Below, piece by piece: positions 20,902 to 29,883 of a DNA stretch of 64,000 bases. The stretch's first letter is position 1; every line of letters starts with the position of its first letter. This DNA is from an uncultured Bacteroidales bacterium (GTDB taxonomy: Bacteria; Bacteroidota; Bacteroidia; Bacteroidales; P3). The DNA lies in NCBI GenBank assembly GCA_900320975.1, contig ONUE01000001.1:862-64861 (forward strand). Reading direction: 5' to 3'. The notes beneath the pieces were generated by a model. The model saw only the letters and a program-made list of their open reading frames with translations. It was not told where the DNA came from and ran no database searches. The position numbers and the translations under genes are program-made.

Positions 20902-21480
20902 TTAGCGGGCGTGTATGGTGCGGTCTATCACGCGAGGAAAATACTCCTTCTCCAGCAGGTGTATCTTGGCTGCCAGAGTGTCCGGTGTGTCGTCGGGAGT
21001 AACGCTGCAATGTGCTTGTTCCAAGATAGTTCCACGGTCGTAGTTTTCGTCCACGATATGGATGGTGATGCCGCTCTCGGTCTCGCCGGCGGCCACCACG
21101 GCCTCGTGCACATGGTGTCCGTACATGCCCTTGCCGCCGTATTTGGGCAGCAGGGCCGGGTGGATATTTATGACGCGTTGCGGATAGGCGTCGAGCATAG
21201 CCTGAGGCACCAGCCAGAGGAATCCGGCCAGGATGACCCAGTCGGCCTGCTTCTCGTGCAGGTAGTCGAGCACGGCATTGTTCTCGTAGAAGTCCTTGCG
21301 TCCGAAGTAGCGGGCCTCGATTCCGAGGTTATGCGCGCGCTGCGCAATGTATGCGTCCTTTACATTATATATAATACAGACAACCTGCACGTCGTCCCTT
21401 CCGGCGAAGTATTCGCTGATCTGTTGTGCATTTGTTCCGTTGCCAGAGCCGAGGATGGCCAGTCGTATAGGTTTGCTCAT
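20902..21480 (-). CDS. purN: Phosphoribosylglycinamide formyltransferase
   Basis: 192 aa from MSKPIRLAILGSGNGTNAQ. Motifs VILAGFLWLVP, INIHPALLPKYGG, GITIHIVDENYDRGTIL. The longer ORF-track N-terminus reads through the repeat element and was rejected. Confidence 0.92.
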   Translation of the reverse strand: MSKPIRLAILGSGNGTNAQQISEYFAGRDDVQVVCIIYNVKDAYIAQRAHNLGIEARYFGRKDFYENNAVLDYLHEKQADWVILAGFLWLVPQAMLDAYPQRVINIHPALLPKYGGKGMYGHHVHEAVVAAGETESGITIHIVDENYDRGTILEQAHCSVTPDDTPDTLAAKIHLLEKEYFPRVIDRTIHAR

Positions 21481-21509
21481 TTGGTGGAGACTGTTTTGTT
21501 TTTGGATTG

Positions 21510-21542
21510 CAAAAGTACGCATTATTTTCGACATGACGCAAA
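21510..21542 (-). promoter_or_regulatory. Predicted purN promoter (-7 TACTTTTG, -33 TTTG)
   Basis: Plus-strand CAAAAGTA at 21510-21517 and CAAA at 21539-21542, spacing 21 nt. ATG at 21480. Confidence 0.5.
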
Positions 21543-21554
21543 AAAAGTGACATC

Positions 21555-21662
21555 GCTCCGTCTCCCCTCCGTCCCCTCTCCGTCCCCCCTCCGACCAAAA
21601 ACCGTTAAACAACCGGTGAACAGTCGGAGCGGGGTCGGAGCGGGGACGGAGAGGGAGGGGCG
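21555..21662. repeat. Intergenic hairpin/G-tract repeat element, copy 1 (palindromic form)
   Basis: C-rich arm GCTCCGTCTCCCCTCCGTCCCCTCTCCGTCCCCCCTCCGAC, core CAAAAACCGTTAAACAACCGGTGAACA, G-rich arm GTCGGAGCGGGGTCGGAGCGGGGACGGAGAGGGAGGGG. Shares the core and G-arm with the copies at 40021 and 56869. Confidence 0.85.
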
Positions 21663-21862
21663 TGAGATGAGGGTTGAGGGGAGGGTGGGGGTATGGAGAG
21701 GGTGAGAATGGTAATGTGTTGTATGTCAGGGAGAAAATGGTGTAATGTGGGGTTGGTGGTGAGAATTTGTGTGACAAGGGGGGTAAAAAGGGTGTAAAAA
21801 AGAGGTGGTGGGGGCAAAAAAAAGAGGTGTTGTTAATGGAAAAGTTAAATTTTTTTAAAATA
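21662..21862 (+). other. C-depleted G/T/A tract with a canonical G-quadruplex motif
   Basis: By hand count only 3 C in 201 nt (21727, 21775, 21815). GGGttgaGGGGaGGGtGGGGG lies at 21671-21691. Degenerate direct repeats (GGTGAGAAT..., AATGGT(GT)AATGTG). Confidence 0.8.
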
Positions 21863-21983
21863 CAGGCTCTTTTGTATCAGCGTCTTAACAACGGGGTGTT
21901 AAAAAATGAATGTTAAAAACAATTTCTATGTCGGAAAATTTTTGTTTCTTTGCAGCCGATTTAACTTTAAAAAATTAAAGAAA

Positions 21984-22220
21984 ATGTCAGAAATTGCAAC
22001 CAAAGTTACGAGTATCATCACCGATAAACTGGGTGTTGAAGAAAGTCAAGTTGTTCCCGAAGCCAGCTTCACCAACGACCTTGGTGCTGACTCTCTGGAC
22101 ACTGTCGAGCTGATCATGGAGCTTGAGAAAGAGTTTGACCTTTCCATTCCCGATGAGGAAGCCGAGAAGATCGTCACCGTTGGCGACGCCATCGCTTTCA
22201 TTGAGAACGCAAAGAAGTAA
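21984..22220 (+). CDS. acpP: Acyl carrier protein
   Basis: 78 aa from MSEIATKV. Contains the phosphopantetheine attachment motif [16 protein letters not shown]. The ORF-track N-terminal extension was rejected. Confidence 0.95.
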   Translation: MSEIATKVTSIITDKLGVEESQVVPEASFTNDLGADSLDTVELIMELEKEFDLSIPDEEAEKIVTVGDAIAFIENAKK

Positions 22221-22331
22221 CTCTTCTTATCATTATTGGAATGTTGAGACGATGGAGCGCGGCGCATGCCGAGTTCCACCGTTTCAACCTTTCAGTATTG
22301 TTAACCTATCCAACAACCAACCCCAAAGCTT

Positions 22332-23576
22332 ATGGAGTTGAAGCGTGTGGTTGTTACCGGCCTCGGTGCATTGACACCTATCGGAAACAACGTTAGTGAA
22401 TTGTGGGAGAACCTCATCGCCGGCGCCAGCGGTGCAGGTATGATTACGCATTTTGACGCCACCAAGTTCAAGTGCCGCATTGCTGCGGAACTCAAGGGTT
22501 TCGACCCGCTGAACTACTTTGACAAGAAGGAAATGCGCCTGCTCGACGGTTACACCGTTTACGGGCTGGTGAGTGTCGACGAGGCCATGCGCGACGCCGG
22601 TCTCGCTGACGAGAATATAGACAAGTCGCGCTTCGGCGTGGTGTGGGGCTCCGGCATGGGCGGTGTCACCTCTCTGCAGGATGAGATCATCGAGTATGCC
22701 TCCAACGGCCGCACGCCGCGTTTCAGCCCTTACTGGGTGCCTAAAGTCATCACCGACATCTGTGCCGGCCAGATAGCTATCCGCTACGGCCTGCGCGGAC
22801 CCAACTACTGTACCGTGGCGGCTTGTGCCTCCTCGGCGGCAGCCATCAGCGACGCCTTCAATCTGATACGTCTCGGCAAGGCCAGCGTGATGGTCGCCGG
22901 CGGCAGCGAATGTGCTGTTACAGAGGTGGGTATCGGCGGTTTCGGCAACATGAGGGCACTCTCCACCCGCAACGATGACCCATGGACTGCATCGCGTCCT
23001 TTCGACCTCGACCGCGACGGCTTCGTGCTTGGCGAGGGCGCCGGTACATTGGTGCTTGAGGAGATGGAGCATGCTGTGGCGCGCGGAGCAAAGATTTACG
23101 CCGAGTTGACAGGCGCGGGTCTCTCTGCCGACGCTTATCATATCACCGCCTCGCACCCTGAGGGTCTCGGAGTCATCGACGCTATGCGCCAGGCTGTTAC
23201 CGAGTCGGGTATGGAGATTACCGATGTTGACCACATCAACACCCATGGCACGTCGACGCCGATAGGTGACATCTCCGAGCCCAAGGCCATTATGGGCCTC
23301 TTCGGTGACCATGCCTATAAGATGGCCCTCAACTCGACCAAGTCGATGACTGGCCACTTGTTGGGCGCCGCCGGTGCGGTGGAGGCTATAGCCACCATCC
23401 TCACCATCAAGAACGGCATGGTGCCTCCGACTATCAACCACTTCAACGACGACCCCCAGATACCGAATCTCGACTTCACCTTCAACCACGCCAAGAAGCG
23501 TGATGTGAAGTTCGCCTTGAGCAATGCCTTCGGCTTCGGTGGTCATAACGTCTGTCTTGCTTTCAGAAAATACTAA
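22332..23576 (+). CDS. fabF: 3-oxoacyl-ACP synthase II
   Basis: 414 aa. Active-site region NYCTVAACASSAAAI, plus HINTHGTSTP and NAFGFGGHN. Directly downstream of acpP. Confidence 0.95.
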   Translation: MELKRVVVTGLGALTPIGNNVSELWENLIAGASGAGMITHFDATKFKCRIAAELKGFDPLNYFDKKEMRLLDGYTVYGLVSVDEAMRDAGLADENIDKSRFGVVWGSGMGGVTSLQDEIIEYASNGRTPRFSPYWVPKVITDICAGQIAIRYGLRGPNYCTVAACASSAAAISDAFNLIRLGKASVMVAGGSECAVTEVGIGGFGNMRALSTRNDDPWTASRPFDLDRDGFVLGEGAGTLVLEEMEHAVARGAKIYAELTGAGLSADAYHITASHPEGLGVIDAMRQAVTESGMEITDVDHINTHGTSTPIGDISEPKAIMGLFGDHAYKMALNSTKSMTGHLLGAAGAVEAIATILTIKNGMVPPTINHFNDDPQIPNLDFTFNHAKKRDVKFALSNAFGFGGHNVCLAFRKY

Positions 23577-23579
23577 ACC

Positions 23580-24326
23580 GTGTTGCTGTTCGCCAAGAAG
23601 AAAGAAAGACCAGAATTCTATCGTTTTTTTAAGAACGTGCTGGGTTTCACGCCCCGACGCACGGAATTGTACCATACGGCGTTCATCCACCGCTCTATGT
23701 CGGCTATGACCGAAGGTCACCGCACCAACAACGAGCGTCTGGAATACCTCGGCGATGCCATCTTGGGCTCTGTGGTGGCGGAGTATCTGTACAAGAAATA
23801 CCCCCTCAAGGGCGAGGGCTTCCTCACCGAGATGCGCTCTAAGATAGTGAGCCGTAAGAGCCTCGGGCAGCTGGCCCGCAAGATAGGTATGATGGAACTC
23901 ATCGAGCACCAGCGTGGTTCGGAAGGCGCCTTCAAGTCGCTCGGTGGCGACGCTTTCGAGGCCCTGATAGGTGCCATATACCTGGAGCGAGGCTACCGCT
24001 TCACGCGCAAGGTCATCATAAACAAGCTGCTGTGTACGTATATTGACATCGACGAGGTGGCGAATACCGACTGGAACTTCAAGAGCAAGCTCATCGACTG
24101 GGGCCAGAAGAACCACAAGAAGGTGACCTTCGAGATAGTGCGCAGCTTTGTGCGTGGCCATGCGGGCCGTCGTGAGTACGAATGCCGCGTGGACCTCGAC
24201 GGAGAGCCTCAGCAGTCGGCTATAGAATACACCATCAAGGCCGCCGAGCAGCTTGCTGCCGAGAAGACCTACAAAGCATTGTTGAAGGCCGGTAAGGTGG
24301 TAACCGAGACTGCGGAGCAGGCCTAA
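23580..24326 (+). CDS. rnc: Ribonuclease III
   Basis: 248 aa (GTG start in the ORF track). RNase III signature NERLEYLGDAILG and a C-terminal dsRBD. fabF-rnc adjacency fits my recollection of Bacteroidetes gene order. Confidence 0.92.
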   Translation: MLLFAKKKERPEFYRFFKNVLGFTPRRTELYHTAFIHRSMSAMTEGHRTNNERLEYLGDAILGSVVAEYLYKKYPLKGEGFLTEMRSKIVSRKSLGQLARKIGMMELIEHQRGSEGAFKSLGGDAFEALIGAIYLERGYRFTRKVIINKLLCTYIDIDEVANTDWNFKSKLIDWGQKNHKKVTFEIVRSFVRGHAGRREYECRVDLDGEPQQSAIEYTIKAAEQLAAEKTYKALLKAGKVVTETAEQA

Positions 24327-24349
24327 TTTAGCATCTTTTAACACTTTAT

Positions 24350-24380
24350 TTTGTTTTTATTGAAATAATTTGTATCTTTG
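24350..24380 (+). promoter_or_regulatory. Predicted promoter (-33 TTTG, -7 TATCTTTG) for the 24447 operon
   Basis: TTTG at 24350-24353 and TATCTTTG at 24373-24380, 19-nt spacing. ATG at 24447. Confidence 0.6.
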
Positions 24381-24446
24381 CAATAAGAATACATTAGCAG
24401 TATTATACCCAAAAGAAACAATATCAATCATTTAAATTGAAATATT

Positions 24447-25220
24447 ATGAAAAAGAAATTCCTCGTTATCGCCACAGCAGTGGCTTGTATGTTTGGTTTT
24501 ACAGCTTGTGACCAAGACACTTCGGCCCTCCAGGATGCTGCTCATCAGCTTGCGGGTCAGAATATGCTCGGTCACATCTATCTGGTGCCCTCCGATCATC
24601 AGAGTGGCACGATGTTCATGACTAACCATGCTGCCGTGAATGTTGACACTATGAAGTTCAAATCAGCAGTGTGCAACGCTCGCTTCACCTATGAAGGTAA
24701 TCTCAGCGATTCGAATGTCGCTGTGAATGCCGGCGCCCTTTTTGTGGGTACCTATTCCGACATGCTGGCTGAGGCCACTGGCGAGATTAACTTCCCGATG
24801 GTCGGCATGAACCTGCGCGACACGGTCCCCGGCGATTATGCAATCTCCGATGTTACCGGCGACTTCTCTTTCGTCAGCAACCTCAACGACAACAACTGGA
24901 AATACTACCTCACCCACAATGACGTTCAGTATGGCAACATCATGATTGTCGCTGTCAGCGAGACCGACTACTATGTCTGCTATGAGGGCAATATCCACAT
25001 TGCCAAGTTCGATGCCATCGGCTCCATCGTCGAGGGTGCCGTCCAGAACGCCAAGGCCTACTATGTCACCAAGGATCAGCTCCAGATACTCCTCGCCCTT
25101 CCCCAGGCCCAGCGTGACTACCTCTACAACCTCCTGCCGCACGTCACCTTCAACGGTGAGATCTCGAGCCGTCGCGCCAATATCAACGACGTAATCAACG
25201 CACTTGAGGAGGCGGAATAA
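24447..25220 (+). CDS. Hypothetical lipoprotein
   Basis: 257 aa. Lipoprotein signal MKKKFLVIATAVACMFGFTAC. I recognise no family. Confidence 0.7.
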   Translation: MKKKFLVIATAVACMFGFTACDQDTSALQDAAHQLAGQNMLGHIYLVPSDHQSGTMFMTNHAAVNVDTMKFKSAVCNARFTYEGNLSDSNVAVNAGALFVGTYSDMLAEATGEINFPMVGMNLRDTVPGDYAISDVTGDFSFVSNLNDNNWKYYLTHNDVQYGNIMIVAVSETDYYVCYEGNIHIAKFDAIGSIVEGAVQNAKAYYVTKDQLQILLALPQAQRDYLYNLLPHVTFNGEISSRRANINDVINALEEAE

Positions 25221-25971
25221 TGTCGCGTGGGTAGTGCTTGTGGTGGCGTTGATGGCGCCGAGTAGCATTGCCTATGGACAACAATACCCAAACACCGCCC
25301 ATAGCGCCCGTAGCAGCGCTATGGGCGGTTGTGTTATGCCCGACGATACGGCTGGGCGCCTGACGGTGGACTACCGCTGCCCTTATATGCTGGCGGAGAT
25401 GCCAGACAAGGGTGTCGAGGCGGTGTTTCCGACTGGACGTACAGGAGTGGTGGGCGCCGCCTACCGTCACAGTGGCGGCAGCACCTACCATGAGCAGAAT
25501 GCCACGGCTGGCTATGCCATGCGTGTGACGCCATGGCTCAAGGTCGGCGTGGCGGCACATTACCTGAATATTGGCACATCGGACGCCTACTACGAGCCGC
25601 GACAATGGCTCGCCGCTGCAGCGGCAATGCAGGCGGCGGTGGGTGAGAGGGTGAGTCTCACGCTCATAGGTGGCACCCGACCATGGGACAGCACCCGTCC
25701 GTGGCGCGCACATCTGCAGATGGCATACAGGCCGATGACGCAGGTGCTTACCCTGCTGGAATTTGAGAGCGAGGAGCGCATGAGGCTGCGCTTCGGCATG
25801 GAATACCACTATCATGGGATGCTTTTCTTCCGCGCCGGTTTGGCGACGAACCCGCTGACGGCGGCCTTCGGCGTGGGAGTCAGGTACCGCAGGATAGGCA
25901 TTGATATAGGGGCTGAGACCCACAGGGTACTTGGCATAACCCCGCAGACATCATTGACGATATGGTTGTAA
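25204..25971 (+). CDS. Putative outer-membrane beta-barrel protein (PorV/FadL-like N-terminal motif)
   Basis: 255 aa. Signal ends SIAYGQQ. The ARSSAMGG motif resembles the N-terminal plug motif of PorV/FadL-like barrels. Alternating aromatic pattern, C-terminal ...SLTIWL. TTG start is uncertain. Overlaps both neighbouring genes. Confidence 0.55.
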   Translation: MRRRNNVAWVVLVVALMAPSSIAYGQQYPNTAHSARSSAMGGCVMPDDTAGRLTVDYRCPYMLAEMPDKGVEAVFPTGRTGVVGAAYRHSGGSTYHEQNATAGYAMRVTPWLKVGVAAHYLNIGTSDAYYEPRQWLAAAAAMQAAVGERVSLTLIGGTRPWDSTRPWRAHLQMAYRPMTQVLTLLEFESEERMRLRFGMEYHYHGMLFFRAGLATNPLTAAFGVGVRYRRIGIDIGAETHRVLGITPQTSLTIWL

Positions 25972-27821
25972 GACGGTGGCTTATAATGTTGCTGGCATTG
26001 GTGCCCTTGTGTGCGACGGCACAGGTGGACGACGCCATAGAGCAGTGGATGCAGGAGGATGTGCCAGAAGAGCAGGCCGCCGCTGCCGTCGACATGCTGA
26101 TGCAGCTGAACTATGAGCCGGTGAGTATCAACGATACCGCAGCAGTGCGCGAGCTGCCGCTCATGACACCATTCCGTTACCGTGCATTGTGCAACTACAT
26201 AACGCTCTACGGGCAGCTGCTCTCTACCAAAGAGTTGGCCTTGATACCGGGCTTTGACAGCGTGACGGTGGCGTTGCTGTCGTCGATGACCACGGCAGAG
26301 CCTTACAATGGACGGACAAAGCTGCGGTGGTGGCAGGGACACCACAACGTGGTGACAGGAATAGGTGGCACCGTGGAGCAGGCGGCAGGATATCGCGATG
26401 GCCGTTATGAGGGCGACAACCTTCATGCGCTGTTCTGCTATAACTACAAATACCGTAACAATATCAGTGTGCGGCTGGTGGCCGACAAAGATCCCGGCGA
26501 GGCCTGGGGTAAAAGCAATTTCTATGGCTATCATGTGATGCTCAGCAATATCGGCCGTCTGGATAAACTTATCGTAGGCCGTTACGGGCTGCAGTTCGGG
26601 CAGGGGCTTACGCTGTGGACGGGTTTCAAGCCGTTCAGCATAATGGGTGGCACTCCCGAACGCTTCGGCACTGGCGTGCGGCAGGCCAGCACATTCTACG
26701 AGATAGACTATCTGGAGGGCGCTGCAGCAACGGTGCGGTTGTGGCAGGGACTGCACCTCTCGGCTTTCGCGTCGAGGGTGCAGGGCGAGACCCTGGCGGG
26801 TGGCCATGCGGAATGGCGCAGCGGCAACCTTGTGGCGGGAGTCACAGTGGCCGCCACGCGCCTTGACGACAGCTTGGCGGTGCGAGACTATGTGTACAAC
26901 CAGACGCGCTTCCGTGGACAGCGGCTGCTCAACGGTGGTGTGGATGTCACATGGCAATGGCGCCGCTTGACGCTCTATGGTGAGGCTTCTCTCGATGGCG
27001 AAGGGCATCCGGCGGCTATTGCTGGTGCCACGCTGACGCCATCGTCAGTCAATCGCTTTGGCGTCAGCTACCGCTACTATCATCCGCTCTATTATAACCT
27101 TCATGCCCAGGGCTATGCCATAGGAACTACGCAAGGAGAGAAAGGCGTTACGCTTGACGCTGCCACACAGCTGCCGTGGGGCTTCACCATGCTGGCGAGT
27201 GTTGACCTGCACCACTTTGAGTCGCTGCGCTACGGCAGCTATAGTCCATCGTCGGGGGCATGGCTGCGACTGCAGGTTAGTAGGCATATAGGACAAAGGA
27301 TGCAGGCCACGGTGCGCTATGCCGACAGGCTGAAGGAACGCAATATCCCGAACATAGACAGTACGTTGTATCTTGGCGAGCAGACGTTGAGGCGGCAGCT
27401 GCAGGGTGAGTTGAGGACGAAGCTGGGCTTATGGATGCTGACCACAAGAGCTATGTATGCGCATTTCGGCAGTGAGAATGTAGACGCACAGGAGGGTTGG
27501 CTGGTGGCGCAAACGGCTCGCTATGCTAAAGGTCCACTGCAAGTTACGGCAGGCTTGGCATACTTCGACGTGGGCGGATATTACGCACGCCTATATCTGA
27601 GTGAGAGTTGCTTGCAGTATGCATGGAGCATACCGATGTTTTATGGCAAAGGATTGAGATCCCATGTGGTAGTGCGGTGGAGCATAAACGAGAACATCTC
27701 GTTGGCTGCTAAATACGGTGTTACGCGGTATCTTGACCGCGATAGCGTAGGCAGTGGCGCCGCTGAGACAGAAGGACCAGCACGTCAGACGTGGTTCGTG
27801 CAGTTGCGCTTGAAGATGTAG
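25962..27821 (+). CDS. Helix-hairpin-helix domain protein with a large C-terminal beta-rich (barrel-like) region
   Basis: 619 aa with a signal peptide. Two ComEA-like HhH segments (VSINDTAAVRELPLMTPFRYRALCNYI; STKELALIPGFDSVTVALL), then ~500 aa with alternating aromatic/Gly/Arg strand-like pattern. Confidence 0.65.
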   Translation: MVVRRWLIMLLALVPLCATAQVDDAIEQWMQEDVPEEQAAAAVDMLMQLNYEPVSINDTAAVRELPLMTPFRYRALCNYITLYGQLLSTKELALIPGFDSVTVALLSSMTTAEPYNGRTKLRWWQGHHNVVTGIGGTVEQAAGYRDGRYEGDNLHALFCYNYKYRNNISVRLVADKDPGEAWGKSNFYGYHVMLSNIGRLDKLIVGRYGLQFGQGLTLWTGFKPFSIMGGTPERFGTGVRQASTFYEIDYLEGAAATVRLWQGLHLSAFASRVQGETLAGGHAEWRSGNLVAGVTVAATRLDDSLAVRDYVYNQTRFRGQRLLNGGVDVTWQWRRLTLYGEASLDGEGHPAAIAGATLTPSSVNRFGVSYRYYHPLYYNLHAQGYAIGTTQGEKGVTLDAATQLPWGFTMLASVDLHHFESLRYGSYSPSSGAWLRLQVSRHIGQRMQATVRYADRLKERNIPNIDSTLYLGEQTLRRQLQGELRTKLGLWMLTTRAMYAHFGSENVDAQEGWLVAQTARYAKGPLQVTAGLAYFDVGGYYARLYLSESCLQYAWSIPMFYGKGLRSHVVVRWSINENISLAAKYGVTRYLDRDSVGSGAAETEGPARQTWFVQLRLKM

Positions 27822-27885
27822 ATGGTGCTTGGCACAAATAATTAGGCCGGTACAATAAATAAAGGCGGAAGGCGTTAATAATAAC

Positions 27886-28869
27886 ATGAAAGTGCTTCTG
27901 CTTGGAGCCACGGGCCTTTTGGGCCACAATGTGCTACAACGCTTGATGGCGGAAGGGCATGCTGTGGTTGCGTTGGTACGCCGCCCGGGAAGCATTAAAT
28001 TGCGAGGGGAAGGATGGCAGGAGATAGTGGGGTCCCCGGTTGATTATGAGAGTCTGAGCAGTGCCGCTGAGAGTTGCGAGGCTGTGATTAACTGTGCCGG
28101 TGTCACCGATATGTCGCTCCGTAGACTTGAGGACTATTTGCTGGTGAACCGAGACCTTGCACAGATGATAGAGAGGGTGATGGAAGAGCATGGAATCAGG
28201 AGGTTAGTGCATATCTCGACGGTTAATACCATAGGTCATGGATATGCCGTACGCCCAGCCGATGAGACTATGCCGATGAGGGAACCGTTCGTCAACAGTC
28301 TCTACGCCGTGAGCAAGAAGATGGGGGAACAGGCTGTGATTGAGGCAGCAAGAAGGCATCCTGACTGGCATGCTGTGGTGATAAATCCTGGCTTTATGCT
28401 CGGCGCGTGGGATGTGAAGCCTTCATCGGGAAGAATACTGCAACTGGCATACAACAAGAGAGTTGCCTTCGCACCGAGAGGAGGTAAAGCCTTTGTGGCG
28501 GTGCAGGATGTGGCGGAGGCTGCGGTGAATGCTTTAACGAAAGGTGAGAACGGTGAGAGGTATATCGCCACTAATAGTAAAGGATGTCTGTCGGTCAAGG
28601 AATTATACCAATTGCAGGCGAGGGTGATGGGTTATCGCCAGAGTGTTGTGGTGATGCCTGATTGGGTGCTGGCAATGGCCGGTAGGGTGGGGGATATGCT
28701 GCGGTGCATGGGGGTGAAGACCGACGTGTCGACATGCAATGTGAAGCAGCTTATGGTGAGAGAGTACTATGACAACAGTCATGGAACAAGTGCTTTAGAC
28801 TACCATGAAACCCCAATAGAGGACGCTATTGTACAGTTCCACCGATGGATAGAAGAGAATGCCCAATAA
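27886..28869 (+). CDS. NAD-dependent epimerase/dehydratase family (extended SDR)
   Basis: 327 aa. Rossmann motif LLGATGLLG and catalytic YAVSKKMGE. Confidence 0.85.
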   Translation: MKVLLLGATGLLGHNVLQRLMAEGHAVVALVRRPGSIKLRGEGWQEIVGSPVDYESLSSAAESCEAVINCAGVTDMSLRRLEDYLLVNRDLAQMIERVMEEHGIRRLVHISTVNTIGHGYAVRPADETMPMREPFVNSLYAVSKKMGEQAVIEAARRHPDWHAVVINPGFMLGAWDVKPSSGRILQLAYNKRVAFAPRGGKAFVAVQDVAEAAVNALTKGENGERYIATNSKGCLSVKELYQLQARVMGYRQSVVVMPDWVLAMAGRVGDMLRCMGVKTDVSTCNVKQLMVREYYDNSHGTSALDYHETPIEDAIVQFHRWIEENAQ

Positions 28870-28881
28870 AAAACACAATAT

Positions 28882-29883
28882 ATGAAACAGTTACATGCAA
28901 TAATGCTGCTGGCCGTCGTGTTGTTGGCTGGCTGTAATAGTCCGGAGAACAAGGCGCTTAGCAAGCGTAGTTCGTCTGGTAAGACCTGCGAGGTGCTCAT
29001 TGCCGCCGACAAAGGCTTGTACACCGGTGCCACGCAGGCGCTATTATACTCCATCTTCCGTGCTCCGCAGGAAGGTCTGCCCCAGGATGAGCCGCGTTTT
29101 GATGTGGTCAATGTTCCGGTATCATCATTGCACAACACTCAGATGTTCAAGATGCACCGCAATGTGGTTATCTGTGATGTCCAAGGGGATAATCCGGACA
29201 AGTTTTACATCCATCATGACCAGTGGGCAGAGCCGCAGACTGTGATAGATATCGCCGCCAGCAGTGAGGCATCGCTGTGTGAGATGCTACGCAAGCATGC
29301 TGGACGTATCGTCGAAGAGATATACAAGGACGAATACCGCCGCATGGACAATGCCTTCTACAAAGACCGCAATGTGGAGTTGATGCAGAGGGTGCAGGAG
29401 AAGTACGGCTTCTCCCTGACGTTGCCCAAGGAGTTCTCGTGGGCAAAGGAAGACGGTGACTTCGTGTGGTTGCGTAAGGAGACCAAGGACTTCGGATTGG
29501 GTGTTTTAGTACAGGTCATGCCATACAATGACGAGCGTCAATTCGATACGACGAAGATATGGAACCGTTTGGATACAATGATGAGGCGAGAGGTTCCGGG
29601 ACCCGCTGACGGCAGCTATATGGGTACCGAGCGACGTGTGGCACTGGAGAGCCGTGTGGTGGACTTCGAGGGTGCTAAATACTGCATAGAGACCCGCGGT
29701 CTATGGCGTCTGTTCGGAGACTTTATGGGAGGCCCCTTCGTGAGTTATTGCCTGCTGTCGCCCGATGGCAAGCAGATAGTAGAACTCACTGGATATGTTT
29801 ACTGTCCGCGCTTCAAAAAACGCGACTATTTGATGCAGGTGGACGGCATCTGCCGTTCTATAAAGTGGCCAAAAGGTGAGTAA
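28882..29883 (+). CDS. DUF4837-like lipoprotein
   Basis: 333 aa. Lipobox LLAGC. Family assignment is from memory of Bacteroidales genes upstream of uppS/bamA. Confidence 0.6.
   Translation: MKQLHAIMLLAVVLLAGCNSPENKALSKRSSSGKTCEVLIAADKGLYTGATQALLYSIFRAPQEGLPQDEPRFDVVNVPVSSLHNTQMFKMHRNVVICDVQGDNPDKFYIHHDQWAEPQTVIDIAASSEASLCEMLRKHAGRIVEEIYKDEYRRMDNAFYKDRNVELMQRVQEKYGFSLTLPKEFSWAKEDGDFVWLRKETKDFGLGVLVQVMPYNDERQFDTTKIWNRLDTMMRREVPGPADGSYMGTERRVALESRVVDFEGAKYCIETRGLWRLFGDFMGGPFVSYCLLSPDGKQIVELTGYVYCPRFKKRDYLMQVDGICRSIKWPKGE

Noticed and set aside
20698-21817. ORFs running through the purN upstream region and repeat copy 1 (20698-21705 plus strand; the 291-aa extended purN; 21605-21817; 21365-21598).
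   Set aside because: Their translations across the element are Pro/Ser/Gly/Arg low-complexity products of C- or G-tracts. purN homology begins only at MSKPIRLAILG (21480), which is preceded by a consensus promoter.
21555-21862. The G-tract units (GGGGACGGAG...) as a CRISPR array, or as a coding tandem repeat.
   Set aside because: The units are ~8-12 nt with no spacers of CRISPR size. No cas genes are present. There is no plausible start codon or codon bias, and the same element occurs in both orientations in non-coding spacers.
22284-27008. 686-aa minus-strand ORF antisense to fabF/rnc (22284-24344) and 398-aa ORF (25812-27008) antisense to the HhH gene.
   Set aside because: Same antisense codon-bias artefact. 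No motifs, and they overlap well-supported genes.
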